Source of the DNA: Azolla caroliniana
Lineage: Eukaryota; Plantae; Polypodiophyta
Reading direction: 5' to 3'
NCBI GenBank assembly: GCA_043228905.1
Contig: JBHGNT010000278.1
Span: 1-40,297, forward strand
Length of the DNA stretch: 40,297 nt
The translations under genes were made by a program, and so were the position numbers. Positions 34,659-40,297 of the stretch are shown here, in pieces. The notes under the pieces were generated by a model that was not told where the DNA came from, did no database searches, and saw only the letters and a program-made list of their open reading frames with translations. Numbering within the stretch: position 1 is the first letter of the stretch; each line of letters opens with the position of its first letter.

Positions 34659-35259
34659 ATATCAAATTTGAATAATATTGAGTGTAAAAATTCTACAATG
34701 GTATTGTTTGAGCGGTGTCACCACTACATGGGCAGTAGGACATGTTTAATCACCACTCGACTCTCTTTCTCTCTCTATTTAATATACCTTTTGGTACTAA
34801 GTTTTTTTATAATTTGATCAACATTACCTTTATTGGCGTTGTAGAGTAAATGTGCATGCATGCGCTACTCGAGCATGACCATGGGGGACATGAACTAGGG
34901 AGAGCATGATGTTGTGGGAGAAGACTTTTAATCCCCTTCAATGGTTTTCTTGTGTAATTTCTCCTCTTGTGAAGTAGTGTTGCCAAGATCAAGGATTTGA
35001 TTCGAGTCGAGGAAAGTCTAAACTTGAGGAAAGCTTAGACTCAAATCAAGGAAAGCTTAGACGCAAGTCGAGGAAAACCCAGAGTTGAGTTATATTTTCA
35101 CCTTTCTTTGGTGTTGATTCGACAACCCTCAGTCTCACCTCGATTACACTCAACCAATTAACATGAGATTAGGACTACATACACTAATTCAACAAGACCT
35201 AGATTAAAACCCAAACTTTAGTTTTCACAAGAGAAATTCCGTTTACGAAATAGGATTTA

Positions 35260-35905
35260 CATATCAATTACAAAATAATCACATGATTAAGAGAACAATA
35301 TCTACGATGGTTTTTCGTTGAAAATATTAATAACCCGATTGTGTGCCAACCAAGACTCGAACTCTATAATATTTTCCCACAATATATATAGCCTTAACCA
35401 TTTGAATAAGTACTTATATTAATGTTAATATATAAATTAAATTCTATATCATTTTTATTGTAATCTATAGCCTTAACCATTTGTCCCCCATTTGAATACT
35501 TATATTAATATTTCATATCTCCATATGTAAATTTTAGTAGTTCTCCACTTTCCCCTTATTTTCTATTTTCTACATTTAGGCCCGTCGGGCCGCCACATCA
35601 CAACATCCACCCACACCAAACCCCACATCCCCCAATATGTGCCAAGAAAGGTGTGGGCGAATGTCGTGATGTGGCGTGTCCAAAAGTAGAAAATAGAGAA
35701 TAAGGAGGAAAGCGGACAACCACAAAAATGTGAATATGTACATATGAAAACACTATTTAATAAGTAAAGGTTTATAGCCAAATGTTGAAGGTTATATATT
35801 GTGGGAAAAAAGGGGGCAATATTCAAGCATGTGGATAAGGTATTAATTCGTTAATTTTTTTTGATGAAAAAGGCATAGATGAGGTTTAAATGTGATTGGT
35901 TGATA
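35260..35905. mobile_element. Degenerate foldback element with long TIRs (Mutator-like MITE)
   Basis: Left-arm motifs ttttcccacaatatata and ccttattttctattttctac are mirrored in order by gtagaaaatagagaataagg and tatattgtgggaaaa; ends and TSD unresolved. Confidence 0.6.
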
Positions 35906-37859
35906 GGTGCCTCTCTCAGTTTAAAAAAGGAAAAGGAGGGCTCATTTTGGTTCGGCAAGGTATTGGGATTTTAGTGCGTTTTGTGAAAGCTTGTTGCGGC
36001 TCCTTCTTCTTTTCTTCTTTCTTGAGTTTAGCGTTTCTTGTGTGCAGTGCAAGAGTAAATAGTGGGCCACCTCTTTCTTCTTATTGACTAGGGATATTTT
36101 CTTGAATTTCTTCTTGCTTGAGAATTAGACGAAGGATGGAAAAAGGGAAATATTGAAGAATGGGAGGAGAGAGGGCATGGAAGCTATGGCAACAAAAGGT
36201 GGGATGATTGTTGTTTGTGAGCTCAGGCCACCAAAACTAAGAATCGCACTTTCTAGTTTACCTCTCATTTCCTTGTAACCATTTCTTTGTGGTTATTTCT
36301 TGCATCCACCATTGCAAAAACTCCTCACAATCATTATCGTGATTATATTGTACTCATGATGTAACCCTATTTTGTAAAGGGATTTTTCTAGTAAAACTAG
36401 AGTTTTAGGTCTTATTGTAATAGATAAGTGCACTTAGCCATAATCTAGTACCAACCATTTGAGAGCTACGGTGGTGTGGGGAGCGAGGTTGAATCACAAT
36501 GCCAACGAAGGGAGAAGGATTTCCTCAATTCTAGTCTCAACTTTTGTGGACTTTATCTAGCTCTTTTTGACTTAAAGTTCCCTGAGCCTATTTTTGCAGA
36601 AGGGCTAATTATTGAAAAAGGCAATCACACAAGGGAAACTCATGAGGGGAGTTGCTTCTCTGAGGTTCCCCGTGGACCCACTTGAGTACCATACGCACAC
36701 GCATCACCACGACATCGAAACCTTTGTCGGGCAACAAAAATGTTGGCTCATCACCATTAGTGAATTGGTGGGGAAATGTGGCATATGTCTACAGTACCCT
36801 ATGAAGGTGTAGGGCTAGTTATGTTTGAGAACTCACCCCATATATTGGCTCATGTATACCCATTGACAACATTATTTGGATAAGAATTCTCTACCGATAT
36901 TGTGGAAAACCTGAACCTATGTTCCACTCTTGCTCCCAACAAGGGAAGTGGGGCAACAAGTGGCCATGATCAACATAGTAGACTAGCCGAGAATCAACAA
37001 TTTCCAATTTTAGCAAGAGCCATGCATCTGAAACATCAACCTCTACGATAATGTATATCTCATTAGCGGCTTAACCAAATTTCTAGTTGAAACATGGATT
37101 GAGTCTTGAGCCACATCAACAATGCCTAATGATAAAAGTGCGGGAATGTCGATTATTCCCAAAAATTGCCGGCTTTCTAGTGTAAGCAATCGATTGGTAT
37201 TCTCCTCTATGGGGGTGCAATTATGCATAAAAACATTTTCATTTCTTCTTTGAGGGGGACCACATCACGAAGAGTTTGTTGCTTCTTTGGCTGACGCACC
37301 TTTTTGTTGTTGTTGTTGTTGCATCAATGATTCTTGCGGTTGAATTACCAGGAGCTCTCAATAACCATGCATGGCATGTTCGATTCAACATCTCGAGATG
37401 ATGTCTGAAGTCCAACTTTCCAATGATGCCATTTGCCACATTATAGAGATGGGGTAATAATTAATACAATGCAAAGGCTCGTACGAGAAAGCCATAACTC
37501 ATATAAGCAAGCACGCAACCTGGGTTGTGGGTGGTGTGGTATGGGTCCCACTGTCCCACCGTGACATAACACTACGTGCAATCCATTATGACGGAGATTA
37601 TAGAGGATTTGGGTCAGAAGGCCCCACGCAATGGAGGAGACCGAATCCTACCCCGAGGAATGAGAAAATAATCAACAACTAATAATGGATTAGTTGACCA
37701 ATTAATGAAAGATTTAGGGGGAAAAAATGCATAAAAAGGAGAGGCTGTTTAATTTGCACTCCTTTAATTAGCCAGATTACTTACTTAATTAACTAATCAT
37801 GTACTTAATTAATTTAGTTTATTAATCTTTTGGTTTTCCTGTTTTCGTTATCACGTTTT

Positions 37860-38174
37860 GCAAGACAGCGAAAACGGCTTCTGCTTCTGCTTCTGGTCTT
37901 CGCCATCGCCATCGCCATCGCCATCGCCATCTCCATCGCTCTCGCTCTTCAGCCCCTCCTCCCACTGAACCAATCCCCAGAAATGATTGAAAGAAACACC
38001 ACCACCGCCGTAATCACAGGAATCACTGGACCTCAGAGAAGTAGCCCTAATCCTATTCCATCCTGAATAAGAAAGGCATAGCTGTTAATGATCCTTTCGC
38101 AATCGAAACCCTAATCCTAACAATAAAACTATCCCTATCCCTAGCTTCACTTCTTCATCTCAGAGACTTCTCTG
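37860..38174 (+). promoter_or_regulatory. Probable 5' leader of the UBP12-like gene, with (GCCATC)n repeat, telo-box and uORFs
   Basis: (CGCCAT)5 at 37901-37930; AAACCCTAA 38106-38114; upstream ATGs at 37983 and 38088. Confidence 0.55.
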
Positions 38175-38354
38175 ATGGCTACCACAATTACACCCCCTCT
38201 CGATGTGAGTCTATGATTTGTCACATTTTTCTGATCTTTGTTTCTTTCTTTTGCAGATCTCTCACTCATGTTCTCATTGTTTCATTACAGATTGATTCTG
38301 AGATGCTAGTTGCTCCGCGTGCTACAGATGTAAATGATGCTGAACCGATGGAAG
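38175..38354 (+). CDS. UBP12: First two coding exons of a probable UBP12/UBP13-type (USP7-like) ubiquitin-specific protease; continues beyond the window
   Basis: join(38175-38204,38291-38354) = MATTITPPLD|IDSEMLVAPRATDVNDAEPME, with GTGAGT/CAG/GTATT sites. It resembles the plant UBP12/13 N-terminus as recalled (MTxMTPPPxD...EEMLVP...QPME). Only 31 aa are visible. Confidence 0.68.
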
Positions 38355-38439
38355 GTATTCTCACATAATTTTCGTTGGTCAATTTTATTTTTTGTTGTAA
38401 CAACACAAGAAATTGTGTGTATATAGAGAGATGGCATAG

Positions 38440-38471
<32 letters not shown>

Positions 38472-39300
38472 CATACATACATATATCATGTTGAAAATGA
38501 AGATGTTGAGCCCCCAATTCATAGAACTAATATAAGATATAGTATCCCCTAAAAAACCGAAATCAGAGTCGGTTAATAGTTCATTTTCTTGGAAAAATGT
38601 GTGAGAGTGATATCCAGAAGATGTAGAACCCAGACTGGGCAGAACTGTCACAAGGCCTAGTAATTCCCCCGGACACATTTGCTCAAGTTATCATTTTGTT
38701 AGAAAAGCATCTGTGAGAGAGAGATAGACACAATATGTTAAACCCCAATTGAGCAGGATTAACGCAAGACATGCTATTTCCACCTCACAGATTTGGTCAA
38801 TATTTTAATTTTGTTTGAAAAACATTTGTGTGAGACATATAAACACAATGTGTAGAACCCCAATTGAGTAGGACTAACACATGAGATAATATTTATATAG
38901 AGAGAACATCTATAGATATAGAGATAGATTATCTAGATCTATATGTAGCTATTATGTAACACACGTCATTTGACAGAGAGATACTAAATATGTATAAGAT
39001 AGTGTTTAAAAAGAGAGAATACACGTTTGCTAACATGTTGGAAACACAGGTAAGAGATTGACACTTAAGATGTGAAAATCCAGTTGTGTAGAATCAATGC
39101 AAGTGATAGCATTTAATGCAGAGAGAACTTGTTGACTTATGAAGAGAGATGATTTGGATACTTGGTATGGCAGCTGATTGTGTCAAAAATTGAAGAAAAG
39201 ATATGGATCCATATATAGCTAACTTGTAGCACAGAAAGAAAGATATTCTAACGTCTTTTAAGAGGCCAAAATGGCCTATAAGGCCAAACAAGAGATTACA

Positions 39301-39375
39301 TATGCAAAGAAGAATAGAGAGCTCAAGTTGCTATATATATGCAAAGAAGAGTAGAGAGCTCAAGTTGCTATATAT

Positions 39376-39412
<37 letters not shown>
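39301..39412. repeat. 37-bp tandem duplication followed by (AG)n microsatellite
   Basis: tatgcaaagaaga.tagagagctcaagttgctatata x2, then AG repeats 39380-39412. Confidence 0.9.
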
Positions 39413-39415
<3 letters not shown>

Positions 39416-39708
39416 GATATTTTATTATCCATGATGAGCTCAAATTTGACCTATGGAACCAAATCAACATATCATCTTGTATGTGACTGCTCCCAAAGGA
39501 GGGGATATACTACTCTGTAGTAAAAACTCTCAATGTGAAAATAATGTACGCATGTATGTGCTGACACTTCTTGGTGGAAATAGTCATCATATGTCTCGCA
39601 AATTGCCTTATATGTTGAGCATGCGATAAGTAAGTAATATTTGTCCCCTACTAGGTTTTCATTGCATACCTTGTATATCTTCATGTTTGCATGATGATTC
39701 CATGATCC
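39411..39708 (-). mobile_element. 5'-truncated copy (3' end) of the RTEX-like LINE family
   Basis: KIYKVCNENLVGDKYYLLIACSTYKAI remnant; 3'UTR motif ggttccataggtcaaattt; TCTATTC tail; AG repeats on both flanks. Confidence 0.82.
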
Positions 39709-40297
39709 AGAGAGAGACAAAGAGCGCTAACATGAGAAAAGCATCAAAGAGAGAGGAAATGAAATGTCATGCTAACATCAGCACTACCCTTGAAACCCGA
39801 GTCACAATCATAATATGATACATACCGATGTTAGATCAAAGTCTAAAAAAGACCTTTAGTAGAGGCCAAAATTGGCCTATGAGACAATTCATCTAAACAA
39901 AGGACAAAAGAGTACATGAAAGAAGAACCTAATTATCTAATATAGAAATCTGATGATTTATAGTATTAGAAGCTCATGATGATGCTATATGAAATGAGTG
40001 TACAAGCATGATATGCATGCCGACTTGACTATGTGCACCCATTGAAGGAAGATCAGGTACATTATGTGGAAAGGCTACAAAATATGGTTCGCATGTCTGA
40101 GGATAGGCAAGTTGCTCATTCCTCCATGAATCGTGTGTGACAAATTGAGATCTTTATGTATAACCCCAAATTTGTAAAACCAGCACAAGAGATTGTATTT
40201 ATTTAGAGAGAGAGAAGTGGTGCTAAATACATAGAATTTATAGATCCCTATATAGTTAACAAGTTGGAAAAGCATGCATCAGAAGAGAGAAACACAC

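Noticed and set aside
34960-36440. Possible solo LTR or further element around the foldback
   Set aside because: Short repeated motifs (GTCGAGGAAA, AAAGCTTAGAC) are visible, but no termini, TSD or PBS could be fixed.
37830-38066. 78-aa ORF resembling a membrane or signal peptide
   Set aside because: Non-ATG start, and the hydrophobic stretch comes from (GCTTCT)n and (GCCATC)n microsatellites in the leader.
38500-38885. Four loosely repeated motifs (tgt.gaacccca.ttg...agga/agaact)
   Set aside because: Old intronic tandem duplications with no sign of function.

Overview
Repeat-rich nuclear DNA of a land plant, probably a fern or other seed-free lineage (inferred from the transposon types; not provable here). 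Three + strand host genes are present. The first is a complete, apparently intact 10-exon family-2 aldehyde dehydrogenase (8063-14430, 513 aa) with no transit peptide and one GC-AG intron. The second is an uncharacterised 432-codon ORF/large exon with about 10 internal [YF]QDSExxRN repeats (23054-24352). The third is the first two coding exons of a probable UBP12/13-type ubiquitin protease (38175-38354). Most of the rest is transposon-derived: two related Copia elements, a near full-length decayed RTEX/CR1-group-like LINE nested in an older copy with further fragments of the family, two L1 fragments, five hAT-type MITEs with 8-bp TSDs, a Gypsy LTR with a tRNA-Trp PBS, a 1.1-kb mini LTR element with a tRNA-Ala PBS and 4-bp TSD, tRNA-derived SINE-like heads and a foldback element. 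I see no clear novel multi-gene system. The best leads are the apparently (TC)n-targeting LINE family, the mini LTR element with its locally templated inverted filler, and the orphan repeat protein. All alignments and counts were done by eye.
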